A DNA stretch of 56,762 bases, filler included, from an uncultured virus (IMG/VR IMGVR_UViG_2049941000_000078) (17 parts of one record of this genome joined end to end with filler, not necessarily neighbours in it), one strand, 5' to 3'. Counted from the whole stretch's first letter, positions 21,383-32,199 are shown. The notes: generated from the letters alone by a model not told the origin. Numbers and translations are program-made.

Positions 21383-22540
21383 TTCATTGCCTATGAAGAC
21401 GCTGCACGCCATAAACACAAGATGTCATACGTGCAGAAATATGAGAAACACCTGAATCAGAATATCGAAGCACTTTGCGATGAATTATTAGAACGCCGGT
21501 ATGTGGCGCAGCCATCTCATTGCTTCGTCATCGAATACCCTAAGAAGCGCGAAGTGTTTGCGGCGCTGTTCAAAGACCGCATCGTGCATCACCTGTATTT
21601 CAACTATACGCACGAAATATTTGAGCGCACATTCATCGCTGATTCCTATTCGTGCATCAAAGGACGTGGAACACATTATGGCATCAACCGACTTGCGCAA
21701 CATATCCGCCAGGAGAGCGACAATTGGCAGCGACGGTGCTATGCCATGAATCTCGACATACGCGGCTATTTCATGCACATCAATCGAAAGCGTCTGTTGG
21801 AAATATCCATTGACACACTGAACAAGATGGCCACGCACAAGGTATCAGCACATTCTTCAGAGACGTGGGCCGACGTGCGAGATATGGACTTCCTGAAATG
21901 GCTGACCGAACAGATAGTGATGCTCGATCCTAAGACTTCATGCGTTATCGTTGGTGACAAGTCGGATTGGGACGGATTGGACCGCAACAAATCGCTCTTC
22001 TGGACTGATGAAGGCTGTGGCCTGCCAATCGGAAACCTGACATCGCAACTATTCAGCAACGTGTATCTGAACGAGTTCGACCAATTCATGAAGCGCGAAC
22101 TTGGCTGCAAGCATTATGGCCGATACGTTGACGACTCGTTTGTGGTTTCATGCGACCGACAATGGATGCTGTCATTGGTGCCGGCTATTGATGAATTTCT
22201 GCAAAATCGGTTAGGACTGAAATTGCATCGAGGAAAGACGCATGTGGTTGACGTTCGCCAAGGTATCGAGTTTCTTGGTGCATTCATCAAACCATATCGC
22301 ATCTATATCTCAAATAAGACCGTGGCGAGAATGCGCCAGACATTGCGCGACCTGAATACACGCGACAAGATACACACGTCATTTTCAGTAAACTCATATC
22401 TCGGCGTGCTGTCTCATTCGTCATCTTTCAATCTGCGCAAGCGGATATTCCTCAATGACAAGGTGGCTCGCGTCGTTGAGTTTGATGATGACCTTTTGAA
22501 AAGTAAACCCAAGACCATGAAAGGCACGATAAGAAAATGA
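21383..22540 (+). CDS. DGR reverse transcriptase (5' end in gap)
   Basis: PKKREVFA, FKDRIVHH, DIRGYF, GLPIGNLTSQ (DGR-type SQ motif), RYVDD, FLG; frame open from 21383. Confidence 0.95.
   Translation, partial: FIAYEDAARHKHKMSYVQKYEKHLNQNIEALCDELLERRYVAQPSHCFVIEYPKKREVFAALFKDRIVHHLYFNYTHEIFERTFIADSYSCIKGRGTHYGINRLAQHIRQESDNWQRRCYAMNLDIRGYFMHINRKRLLEISIDTLNKMATHKVSAHSSETWADVRDMDFLKWLTEQIVMLDPKTSCVIVGDKSDWDGLDRNKSLFWTDEGCGLPIGNLTSQLFSNVYLNEFDQFMKRELGCKHYGRYVDDSFVVSCDRQWMLSLVPAIDEFLQNRLGLKLHRGKTHVVDVRQGIEFLGAFIKPYRIYISNKTVARMRQTLRDLNTRDKIHTSFSVNSYLGVLSHSSSFNLRKRIFLNDKVARVVEFDDDLLKSKPKTMKGTIRK
22503..22533 (+). promoter_or_regulatory. Bipartite GTAAACC motif
   Basis: GTAAACC-N17-CGATAAG within the RT 3' end; another copy at 23114-23144. 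Confidence 0.6.
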
Positions 22541-22562
22541 TAATTTTAAAAACTACAAAGTT

Positions 22563-23117
22563 ATGGTAAACAAGTATTCAGGAAATGTGAGCGACTTTCA
22601 GCCGGTGGTTGAGGACGCATCAAGAGTGGTAATCAGTTACGGCCTCACAGAGATGGGTGACGGAAAGGCCGAGTGGTTCGAGGTAGTGTTCTACAAGAAG
22701 CAGACCGCCAAGCCTACTATCGAGCAGGTGAAGAAAGCCGTGCTCGACGACATCAACAAGCAGACCGACGAGAAAATTCTCACCGGCTTCGTGTGGAACG
22801 ACATCCCCGTATGGCTTTCAGAAGAGAACCAGCGTAACTTCTCTGAGGCGCAGCGCATCGCCATGATTATGCCTGAAGCTATTCTGCCCGTGACATTCAA
22901 GCTGGGCGAGCAGGCCGACGAGACTCCCATCTATCATGAGTTCGAGACCAGTGAGGAACTGACCGGCTTCTACCTACAGGCCGTAGCCTTCATCAACCAG
23001 ACACTCGCCGAGGGTTGGCAGCGCAAGGACGGCATCGACTGGGCACCCTACGAGGCCGCACTGAATCCGCAGCCTGAGCAGACCGAAGGCACCAAGAAAT
23101 CTACGAAAAAAAAGTAA
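22563..23117 (+). CDS. Tail-associated hypothetical protein (DUF4376-like C-terminal half)
   Basis: ILTGFVWNDIPVWLSEENQRNF; follows the RT. Confidence 0.55.
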   Translation: MVNKYSGNVSDFQPVVEDASRVVISYGLTEMGDGKAEWFEVVFYKKQTAKPTIEQVKKAVLDDINKQTDEKILTGFVWNDIPVWLSEENQRNFSEAQRIAMIMPEAILPVTFKLGEQADETPIYHEFETSEELTGFYLQAVAFINQTLAEGWQRKDGIDWAPYEAALNPQPEQTEGTKKSTKKK

Positions 23118-23277
23118 ACCCACGACATGCTTACGCTCGATTGGTAGGAATATCAATCGGGCGTTTGTGCCCTAAATNNNNNNNNNNNNNNNNNNNNNNN
23201 NNNNNNNNNNNNNNNNNNNNNTTAATTAATTAANNNNNNNNNNNNNNNNNNNNNNNNNNNNNNNNNNNNNNNNNNNN

Positions 23278-24011
23278 ACCGCTATGCAGTGGAGTTTGTA
23301 GAGCACTACAAGAAGTTGGGCGTGTCAAAGATGTTTATCTACGACAACTATTTTGGTGACGAGGAGCCACTGGCCGTGACGCTGAAGAAATACGTCGATT
23401 CAGGATTCGTGGAAATAACCGACATTCCAAACAAAAAGGCCATGCAGTGCCGTGCGTATGAGCATTGTTACAAGTTGCACGGCAACGAGTATGCCTGGAT
23501 AGGCTTCTTGGATTTTGACGAGTATCTGCGTTGGAACTCGAAGAAGAAAATTGAGACCATGTTCCAACAGTACACAGGCGACTGCGTGCTGGTGAACTGG
23601 AGACTCTTCACCGACAACGGGCTGACTCACTACGACCCACGTCCGTTGAAGGAACGCTTCACGGAGGTGATGCCCATTGACAAGCATGTAAAATATGAAG
23701 ACCGCGAGGAGAACACCCACGTTAAGTGCTTCATCCGTGGAGGTCTTGGTGAGGTGCATTTCGGAAAGAACCCACACTCACCTATGAAGTCCGACAACCT
23801 CCGCTGCGTGAACACTGAGAACCAGCCAGTGTATTGCGGTGCCTTCGTCAGCCCGTTCACCCACAAGGTGATGCGCCTTGACCACTACTGGACAAAGACC
23901 GCCGAGGAGTGGATCGGCAACAAACTTACTCGTGGCTTCTGTAGCGGGAATACTTACATGGACAACTTCATCAAGGCACAGGAGCGGTACTTCTTCGCCG
24001 TCAACGAGCGC
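23278..24011 (+). CDS. Glycosyltransferase GT-A domain (GT92/GT2-like), fragment
   Basis: EFVEHYKKLGVSKMFIYDN, WIGFLDFDEY, LDHYWTKT. Confidence 0.85.
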
Positions 24012-24021
24012 NNNNNNNNNN

Positions 24022-24448
24022 CCTGCTTTTGGATTCTGACGTGCTCATCAAGCAGAGCGTTGACTTTATGTTCCAGGACTCGCAGGTGGCCGTCGGGCAC
24101 GTTCAGATGCCACAGCCTGGCAACAACTTCCATTTGGGCCGTCTGGTGCCGATGGTGTGCTATATCAACGTACCGTTGTGCCGCAAGTACGGGCTGACGT
24201 ACTTCGACCCAAAGCGTGCGTGGATGATCCATAGCATCGACCTGCAAGACAAGTGCAACTGGTATGACACCGGCGCATCGTTCTACGAGGATATTCACGC
24301 CAAGAAAAACGGATGCCGTGGCAAGCGTGTTGACATCCGTCCTCTCATGGAGCACTATAAGCGCGGATCATGGTGGGGCAACTGTAAGGGCGACCACCTG
24401 AAATGGATGGATCGACACAAGAATCTGTGGGAGCCAACACCATCCATG
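24022..24448 (+). CDS. Glycosyltransferase N-terminal GT-A domain, internal fragment
   Basis: LLDSDVL DxD motif, WYDTGA, HYKRGSW; second allele at 31105..31400. Confidence 0.65.
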
Positions 24449-24458
24449 NNNNNNNNNN

Positions 24459-25606
24459 AAGCGACACCGGCACCCATCAGTGCCGCTGGTGTACCATCGA
24501 CCACCGACCCGAATGCTGCGAACAACAAGCCTTCAGAGAACAATGGTTCATACGAAGAGAAAATCATCAGGGTGAGCAACCCGAACACGTCGCTCACCAT
24601 CTCAGCCGTTTACCGTGCCGTTGAGCTGAAGGCCAAGACCATCGGACAGATGGAAATGCAATATCAGCGCAAGGACTCGGAGAAGGGCAACTATGTGCAG
24701 TCAATGTGGGGAGAAGGCCGCATCCTGAACTGGCTGATGCAGAAACGCGCCAACCCGATTATGACCGGCAGCGAACTCTTCCAGCAGATGTCGATACACC
24801 GTGAGCTCCTGGGCAATGCTTTTGTCTACATCGAGCGCGACTATGACGGACAACCGAAGAATCTCTGGTTGGCCCTATGTGGTGGTTATAATCCCATGAC
24901 GGGTACTTACACACTGACGTATAATACAGACCGGGGAATGCGCTCGCGCTTCGAGGCTCCGGCTGAAGACGTGATCCATTGGCGTAACACCTACCGACAC
25001 CCAGATGGCTACATGGGTCTTCCGACTCACCTCTACGCCATCCAGACGCTCTCGCTCATCGCAACCGAGAAGCAGCAGGCAATGGAAACGGCTGCAAAGG
25101 GTGGTCGTATGAAATTGCTCATCGGTGAGGACACCAGCAAGACGGTGGCACCGATCTCAGCAGGTCTGTACGACAAGAAGGAGATGGATAAGTATGCCGA
25201 CGAGATCAACGACCGCATCTACTCGAAGGATGTGACTGCCCTTCGTGCGCTTGATAAGGTGATGAACATCTCGCTCAGTGCGCAAGACCAACAACTCATT
25301 GAGCAACTATCTATCGGTTTGGATGACGTGGCAAGATATTACGCCACCCCGCGTCCGCTGCTGATGCTTGATACCAACTCCCACTACAACGACTATACCA
25401 ACGCCACGATGGAGTACCTGCAACGAACCATCGCACCGTTGGCCCGTGAATTGGAAGATTTGTTCGATGCCAAGTTCCTGACCGCATACGACTACGGCAA
25501 GCGTCGTTTCCACATGTGCGAGCTTCCGCTGATGCGTATGGACTTGGAGAAGCAGGCCAAGGTCGATCAGTTGCGCTTGCAGATGGGTTGGACGGTCATC
25601 CATTGA
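24459..25606 (+). CDS. HK97-family portal protein (N-terminus at 30453..30517)
   Basis: SAVYRAVEL, LLGNAFVYI, DVIHWR, VARYYATP..L; 10-nt overlap AAGCGACACC with the fragment ending at 30517. Confidence 0.9.
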
Positions 25607-25831
25607 NNNNNNNNNNGCGGAGAAGGTGGATCGGAAGAGGGCTAAAACCTTTATTCCTAATCAAACACCCACCTTCATTAGTAATCAAGGTGCCACCTTC
25701 ATTAGTAATCAAATTTTGAACGACCAAAATATGAGCTTATGACACCCAACCCAACGAAAGAGGAAATCGACGCTCTGGAGCGCGAGATTCAGCAACAGAG
25801 AAAGAAGCGCGAAAGCCGTGTGCATCGCGCA

Positions 25832-25862
25832 GTAAACCCAGGACGCTAAAACGCCCGATAAG
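25832..25862 (+). promoter_or_regulatory. Bipartite GTAAACC motif upstream of prohead protease
   Basis: GTAAACC-N17-CGATAAG; equivalent site at 53090-53120. Confidence 0.6.
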
Positions 25863-25893
25863 TAGATAACATTTTCAAATGTAAAACGAGAAT

Positions 25894-26247
25894 ATGAAAC
25901 AGACAAGATTCATCCAAACCGACACTTGCGGGCTGCACGTCCGTGAAACGGAGGACGGTCAGCAGAGCCGCACCATCGAGGGCAAGCCCATCGTGTTCGG
26001 TGTGCGCTCCGTCAACCTGACTCCGTGGAGCTCTACCCGCGAGGTCTATGAGGTGCTGGAGCCTGGATGTATCACCAACGAGCTATTGCAACGCTCGGAC
26101 GTGATCCTCAATCTGAACCACTCCAGTCTGGTGCCCGACGTGCTTGGCCGTTGCATGAACGGCAAAGGCACACTCTCTCTGCGACTTGCAGGCGACCATA
26201 TCGAATGCAGTTGCGACCTGCCAAACACCAACAATGCCAACGATGCG
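25894..26247 (+). CDS. HK97-type prohead protease, N-terminal fragment
   Basis: RTIEGKPIVFG, LNLNH; allele of 53149..53934; C-terminal piece at 30931..31094. Confidence 0.85.
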
Positions 26248-26280
26248 NNNNNNNNNNTTTGAAAGAAAAACGTGTAAATA

Positions 26281-26312
26281 CTTGCACATATCAAATATAA
26301 TGCTTAACTTTG
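26281..26312 (+). promoter_or_regulatory. Bacteroidetes housekeeping-type promoter
   Basis: TTG at 26282 and TAACTTTG (TAnnTTTG) at 26305-26312. Confidence 0.65.
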
Positions 26313-26377
26313 CAACAAGAAATTTAAATAGTAACACTTAACACTGGGAGCAACAGTATAAACAACGCAACAAAGTT

Positions 26378-26766
26378 ATGAAGACTACAAAGGTTAATCA
26401 CAGCGAGATTCTCAACAGCCTGAAGGCAGAGTTCACAACCCTTACAAGTGCTTACGAGTCAGCAAGCAACGCATGGAGAAACAGCGGTACCACTTGCGAA
26501 GACCGCGACGCTTACCTGCTGAGAACAATGAGCAGCATCCGCGAGCAACTCCGAGACCTCGAAGCTCAGATGAAGTTCCACGAGATTATGCTTCAGGATA
26601 AGAAGTACGCTACCGAGTGGCTTTGGACCGATGCACACGCCTACGAGATTATCGAGGAGAAGAGCGAGAAGGTGATCATCGTTCGCCGCATGAAGGCAAC
26701 CATTAAGAAGGAAGCACAGAAGGCATTGCACGACAGCTTTGTACCTGGCGGTTTCTGCGGACACTT
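26378..26766 (+). CDS. Hypothetical protein, partial
   Basis: ORF downstream of the host-type promoter. Confidence 0.6.
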
Positions 26767-26895
26767 NNNNNNNNNNNNNNNNNNNNNNNNNNNNNNNNNN
26801 NNNNNNNNNNTTAATTAATTAANNNNNNNNNNNNNNNNNNNNNNNNNNNNNNNNNNNNNNNNNNNNAGAAGTTTAATTATCAAAAATCGAAGAAA

Positions 26896-27066
26896 ATGAA
26901 GAAAATCTATTATTTCTTGATGACCTGCCTGTTCGCCCTTGGCTTTATTGGCGGTCTCGGATATACGCTCTACAACGAGGCGTATGTTCCCGCAGTTGGT
27001 GTGCTCGGCCTGACTTGGCTTGCTCTGCCGAAAGTTCGTGAATGTCTTATCGGTTTGACATTGTAG
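26896..27066 (+). CDS. Small two-TM protein, holin candidate
   Basis: MKKIYYFLMTCLFALGFIGGLGYTLYNEAYVPAVGVLGLTWLALPKVRECLIGLTL; upstream of the lysis genes; below the ORF track cutoff. Confidence 0.5.
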   Translation: MKKIYYFLMTCLFALGFIGGLGYTLYNEAYVPAVGVLGLTWLALPKVRECLIGLTL

Positions 27067-27070
27067 GCTT

Positions 27071-27725
27071 ATGGAAATCACGTTAGAAGCCATCATCAGT
27101 CTCATAGGACTGTTCGTCGGAGGAGGTGGCGGTGCCTTCTTTACGTGGCGATACATGCGGCGCAAGGCGAAAGCCGAGGCCATCACCGCCGAGGTGGATG
27201 CTGCCAAGGATATGCAAGACCTCTACCAGNNNNNNNNNNNNNNNNNNNNNNNNNNNNNNNNNNNNNNNNNNNNNNNNNNNNNNNNNNNNNNNNNNNNNNN
27301 NNNNNNNNNNNNNNNNNNNNNNNNNNNNNNNNNNNNNNNNNNNNNNNNNNNNNNNNNNNNNNNNNNNNNTCTACCAGCAGATGCTCAACGACACCAAGGA
27401 AGAGCGTGAAGATCGCAAGCAGCAGATCTGCGAACTGCGGGCGGAGCGCGACCACTACAAGCACGACCGTAATGAGTTGCGCGAGCGGGTAGAGAAGCTA
27501 CAGGAGAGCATATTTGAGTGGAAAGACATGGCCGAAAACGACCGTGCAGAGATGAAACAGAAAATCGCCCGTCTTGGCAGAAAGGTAGATGCGATGGCCC
27601 CTTTTATGTGCGGAAACCTCGCTTGCAAGCTCCGTCAGCGCGTAACCATCTCGGAAGACGGGGAGATTAAGACAAAGCGACCATCGAAGAAAAACGACAT
27701 CGAACCAAACAACGAGGAACTATGA
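27071..27725 (+). CDS. N-terminal TM plus coiled-coil protein (holin-like), gapped
   Basis: Single N-terminal TM, coiled coil; overlaps the lysozyme start. Confidence 0.55.
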
Positions 27726-28139
27726 GAGCAAGTCAGACATTGATTAATCAGATCAAGAAGTTCGAGGCGTGCAAGCTGACGGCTTACCAAGATTCGGCAG
27801 GCGTATGGACCATCGGTTATGGGCATACGGCCGGCGTGAAGCGTGGTGACCGTTGCACGCAGTACCAGGCCGAGCAATATCTGAAGGAAGACCTCGCCAA
27901 GTTCGAGGCCGTGGCGAATAAGTGTAAGAACCTGACAACGCAAGGCAAGTATGATGCCGTGCTGGACTTCATATATAACTGCGGACCAGCGAAATTCAAC
28001 AGCTCGACACTAAAAAAATACATCGAGTCGAACCGCAAGACGTGGGAGATACAAGAGCAGTTCTTACGCTGGGTAAACTCTGGTGGCCAGAAACTCGGCG
28101 GGCTTGTCACACGTCGCATCTGGGAAGCCAACCGCTTCG
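27722..28139 (+). CDS. Endolysin, GH24 lysozyme (3' end in gap)
   Basis: FEACKLTAYQDSAGVWTIGYGHT; GLVTRRIWEA. Confidence 0.93.
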
Positions 28140-28195
28140 NNNNNNNNNNTATTGATTACATAATTACTTAAAGAGTTAGTGGTATTAAATTTATA

Positions 28196-28218
28196 GGAGC
28201 CAGCGGGCTCCTTTTTTA
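28196..28218 (+). terminator. Intrinsic terminator
   Basis: GGAGCC-AGCG-GGCTCC followed by a T run. Confidence 0.7.
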
Positions 28219-28237
28219 TTCCAAACGAGAAACACAA

Positions 28238-28268
28238 GTAAACCCACACGGCTTTTTTGTCGGATAAG
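28238..28268 (+). promoter_or_regulatory. Bipartite GTAAACC motif upstream of head-tail connector
   Basis: GTAAACC-N17-GGATAAG. Confidence 0.6.
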
Positions 28269-28294
28269 AAAGAACGATAAAAAAGCAAAATAAC

Positions 28295-28933
28295 ATGAAG
28301 TGGTTGACACTTAATCAAATCAAAGCGCAGTTGCGCATCGAGTCGGACTTCACGGCAGAGGACACGCTGCTGGAGAGTTACGGCGAAGCGGCAGAAGAGA
28401 CGCTGCTGAACTATCTGAACCGTCCGTATCAGGACATCATCGAGTGCTATGGCCGTATGCCGGTGACGCTCATCCAAGCATCGCTAATGCTCGTCGATAC
28501 GAGTTATCAGTACCGCTCGCCTGTCAGCGTGACGAATATTTCCGTGGTGCCTTACACCTTCGACATCCTCGTGAAGCCCTACATGCGACTGGCATCGCCG
28601 GAGGGTGCCGACGAGATGCAGACCGTGACGCTCGGTAGCGACGTGAAGATAGAGTTTACAGCAGAACTGCCCGACGGACTAAAACTCGCCGACGTGGACT
28701 TCAGCGGCAAGGTGATCAATGCCGACGCAAAGAATACCGACATCGACTTCACCAAGGCTGACTGTATCTCGATAGAAGGTGGAGAGAGTTTCGTGGTGAT
28801 GGTAGATAGCACAGAACTCGGTGTCGGACTGCTGATGCTGAAGTTGACGGTACTGATACCTGACACCGACTATCAGAGCGGCACGCGCAAGCAGGTCGTG
28901 AATATTAACCCACATATCAAGATCATCGGATGA
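28295..28933 (+). CDS. Head-tail connector (HK97 gp6-like) with extra C-terminal domain
   Basis: LTLNQIKAQLRIE...EDTLL...YLNR...LVKPYMRL, then about 100 additional aa. Confidence 0.85.
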   Translation: MKWLTLNQIKAQLRIESDFTAEDTLLESYGEAAEETLLNYLNRPYQDIIECYGRMPVTLIQASLMLVDTSYQYRSPVSVTNISVVPYTFDILVKPYMRLASPEGADEMQTVTLGSDVKIEFTAELPDGLKLADVDFSGKVINADAKNTDIDFTKADCISIEGGESFVVMVDSTELGVGLLMLKLTVLIPDTDYQSGTRKQVVNINPHIKIIG

Positions 28934-29175
28934 AAGGATCGGCAAGACTGGTAACGGGAAGCCTTCGGGCATCGGCTCACGCAGTAGGTGGCATGGCTGT
29001 CAGGGCGTGGGCATTGCCGTCGGGTGTGGCTGTCAGCGCAAGGCCGACAGATGCCGTAAGTCTGCTGAAGTATCTGCGCGTCATGCCTGAGCAACCACAG
29101 GGCTTGGTATGGCTCGTGCCGCAGTATGGCATTGACTACACCATCGAATCGAATACGAATTGGAATATCAAATAA
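28930..29175 (+). CDS. Small virion accessory protein
   Basis: Ends IESNTNWNIK like 17965..18444; ATGA overlap with the upstream gene. Confidence 0.55.
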   Translation: MKGSARLVTGSLRASAHAVGGMAVRAWALPSGVAVSARPTDAVSLLKYLRVMPEQPQGLVWLVPQYGIDYTIESNTNWNIK

Positions 29176-29187
29176 AACGAAAAGATT

Positions 29188-29285
29188 ATGAGTTATGCAG
29201 CATGGCTCGTCCCGAGCAAGACATCAGGCAGCGGTAACGATACCGTAAACGTGACCGCTGGCAGCGACAACACAGGTCGCTCGGC
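29188..29285 (+). CDS. BACON-like protein, N-terminal fragment
   Basis: WLVPSKTSGSGNDTVNVTA..NTGR. Confidence 0.65.
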
Positions 29286-30003
29286 NNNNNNNNNNNNNNN
29301 NNNNNNNNNNNNNNNNNNNNNNNNNNNNNNNNNNNNNNNNNNNNNNNNNNNNNNNNNNNNNNNNNNNNNNNNNNNNNNNNNNNNNNNNNNNNNNNNNNNN
29401 NNNNNNNNNNNNNNNNNNNNNNNNNNNNNNNNNNNNNNNNNNNNNNNNNNNNNNNNNNNNNNNNNNNNNNNNNNNNNNNNNNNNNNNNNNNNNNNNNNNN
29501 NNNNNNNNNNNNNNNNNNNNNNNNNNNNNNNNNNNNNNNNNNNNNNNNNNNNNNNNNNNNNNNNNNNNNNNNNNNNNNNNNNNNNNNNNNNNNNNNNNNN
29601 NNNNNNNNNNNNNNNNNNNNNNNNNNNNNNNNNNNNNNNNNNNNNNNNNNNNNNNNNNNNNNNNNNNNNNNNNNNNNNNNNNNNNNNNNNNNNNNNNNNN
29701 NNNNNNNNNNNNNNNNNNNNNNNNNNNNNNNNNNNNNNNNNNNNNNNNNNNNNNNNNNNNNNNNNNNNNNNNNNNNNNNNNNNNNNNNNNNNNNNNNNNN
29801 NNNNNNNNNNNNNNNNNNNNNNNNNNNNNNNNNNNNNNNNNNNNNNNNNNNNNNNNNNNNNNNNNNNNNNNNNNNNNNNNNNNNNNNNNNNNNNNNNNNN
29901 NNNNNNNNNNNNNNNNNNNNNNNNNNNNNNNNNNNNNNNNNNNNNNNNNNNNNNNNNNNNNNNNNNNNNNNNNNNNNNNNNNNNNNNNNNNNAGACAGGA
30001 ACT

Positions 30004-30321
30004 ATGAACCAGAAAAGACAAGTAGCAATCGTGCATTTCAACACGCCGGAGATGACGGAGGCGTGCATCTACTCCATCCGCAAGCACGGCGGCATGGACT
30101 ACCACATCACCGTCTTCGACAACAGCGACGAGCGACCATTCACGGCGAAGATGGATGGCGTGACCGTTATCGACAACACGAAGGGGCAAGTTATTGACTT
30201 CAATAAGGAGTTGTCGAAATATCCGAAGGCAAAGCATGGCGAAGTGAACAACTATGGCAGCGACCGCCACATGATGTCGGTGCAGAAGATGTGGGACATC
30301 ATTGATGAAGATTGCCAAGCG
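30004..30321 (+). CDS. Glycosyltransferase (GT2-like), N-terminal fragment
   Basis: AIVHFNTPEMTEACIYSI...ITVFDNSD. Confidence 0.7.
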
Positions 30322-30406
30322 NNNNNNNNNNGCCGGAGAAGGAGCAGATATTGCGCGACGGCATTCAGAAGGTTGTTGACAACCACGAGAACATGGTTTT
30401 CAGACG

Positions 30407-30437
30407 GTAAACCCCACGCATGGATTTGTAGGATTAG
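30407..30437 (+). promoter_or_regulatory. Bipartite GTAAACC motif upstream of portal start
   Basis: GTAAACC-N17-GGATTAG; ATG at 30453. Confidence 0.6.
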
Positions 30438-30527
30438 AAAACAGAATAAGATATGAATATACTTGGATTATTCGCACCAACAGGCACGCTGCCCATCTTT
30501 CGACGTGAAGCGACACCNNNNNNNNNN

Positions 30528-30920
30528 GATGAATATGTTGCACGACAGAGACCTGACCGTCGCACGCTGCAACCAAGGCAAGGGAAGTATGCGCCTGTCA
30601 GTTGACGAGCGCGGTGTGAATTTCGAGTTCGAGGCTCCGAAGTGTGATCTCGGCGACCGTTGTCTGGAGATGGTTCGCCGTGGCGACTATTCGGGTTGCA
30701 GCTTTGAGTTCTATCCGAAAGACTACGAGGTGGAGCGCACCAAGGGTGCCGACGGCAAGGATGAAGTAAAGATCATCCACAAGGAGTTTGAGTTTATCTC
30801 TGCACTCACCATCGGCATGGACCCAGCCTACCGCCAGACGACTGTCAACGCCCGCGAGTTGTCGAAACCACAGGAAACTGAGGAGGAGAAAGCAGCCCGC
30901 GAGAAGGCCGAGCGTGAAGA
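30528..30920 (+). CDS. HK97-type prohead protease, divergent type, fragment
   Basis: NMLHDR, VRRGDYSGCSFEF, DPAYRQT. Confidence 0.8.
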
Positions 30921-31104
30921 NNNNNNNNNNCGCATCACAGGCTTGTATGACGTGGCTATCGTCACTCACCCTGCCTACCAGCAGACCAGTGTCGCCACCC
31001 GCGAGGCTAACGATGCCATCGAGCAGGCTATCGAAGCACAGCTGAAGCGCGAGAAACCACAGGAGACGGAGGAAGAGCGCGAAGCCCGCGAACTNNNNNN
31101 NNNN

Positions 31105-31400
31105 ATACTTCGACCCAAAGCGTGCGTGGATGATCCATAGCAGCGACCTGCAAGACAAGCGCAACTGGTATGACACCGGCGCGTCGTTCTACGAGGACAT
31201 TCACAACCACAAGAACGGAGCCCATGGCAAGCGTATCGACATCCGTCCGCTGATGGAGCACTACAAGCGCGGCTCATGGTGGGGCAACTGCAAGGGCGAC
31301 CACCTGAAATGGTTGCAGCGACACAAGAAGCTGTGGGAGCCGACACCATCCATGCGAGGCATCAAGAAGGTGGCTATCTGTGCCATCGGACGCAACGAGA
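31105..31400 (+). CDS. Glycosyltransferase fragment bridging the two GT domains
   Basis: Allele of 24200..24448 continuing into KKVAICAIGRNE. Confidence 0.7.
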
Positions 31401-31500
31401 NNNNNNNNNNNNNNNNNNNNNNNNNNNNNNNNNNNNNNNNNNNNTTAATTAATTAANNNNNNNNNNNNNNNNNNNNNNNNNNNNNNNNNNNNNNNNNNNN

Positions 31501-32199
31501 CGCATCGGCTTGAAGGTACCTGTATCTAACATGGCCATCGACAACGCTGCATTCGACCTGATGTCGTTCGTGCAGACAAAGTTCACCTTGGCACTGCGTA
31601 AGTACCTCGCCAAGAAAATCTACTCTCAGGCTGCCTGGGCTAAGAACAAGGGTCCGTTCTCTGGCTTGACTCCAAAGGGCACCATCACCATCGGCAGCGG
31701 TGCTTACAAGAGCATCCTGAAGGCTGTTGCCGAGTTCTCTGACAAGGGCTTCTACGAGGGCGGTGTTATGCTTATCATGGACCGTGCAACTGAGGCTGAG
31801 TTGAAGGCAACTCCGAAGATTGAGGGTGCTGCTGGTGGCTTTGTCATCGAGAATGGTCTGTGTGCAGGCTATCCCTACGTGCTGACTCACTACATCAACA
31901 CCACGCTGTCAGGCAACAAGCTCGTGCCTACCGCTAACAAGTGCATCGGTATCGGTTACTTCGAGTGGTTCGCACTCCAGCAGCACGGTGATGTCCGCTT
32001 CGTGATTGATCCTATCACCCAGGCTGACAAGAACGTGACACGACTGATCCTCAACACCGCTTGGTCTATGACCGACCTCTCTACTCACATCAATGGCGGT
32101 ACTCCCGTCAGCGACGGTAAAGGTGGTTACACCTATCCCACACAGGCATTCGCCCTGTACGAGGTCGTAGGTGGCGACATCAGCTCCAGCGAAATCTAA
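31501..32199 (+). CDS. Major capsid protein, C-terminal part (variant 2)
   Basis: AIDNAAFDL, IGIGYF...QQHG; homologous to 53958..55205; N-terminal piece at 32663..32959. Confidence 0.85.
   Translation, partial: RIGLKVPVSNMAIDNAAFDLMSFVQTKFTLALRKYLAKKIYSQAAWAKNKGPFSGLTPKGTITIGSGAYKSILKAVAEFSDKGFYEGGVMLIMDRATEAELKATPKIEGAAGGFVIENGLCAGYPYVLTHYINTTLSGNKLVPTANKCIGIGYFEWFALQQHGDVRFVIDPITQADKNVTRLILNTAWSMTDLSTHINGGTPVSDGKGGYTYPTQAFALYEVVGGDISSSEI

Noticed and set aside
21383..22540. RT as group II intron, retron or Abi RT
   Set aside because: Short, carries the SQ motif and YVDD, has no evident maturase/endonuclease extension, and sits beside an AAY-rich template repeat.
24200..31353. Near-identical glycosyltransferase segments as a DGR TR/VR pair
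   Set aside because: Differences are not adenine-specific and both copies are coding; strain alleles.
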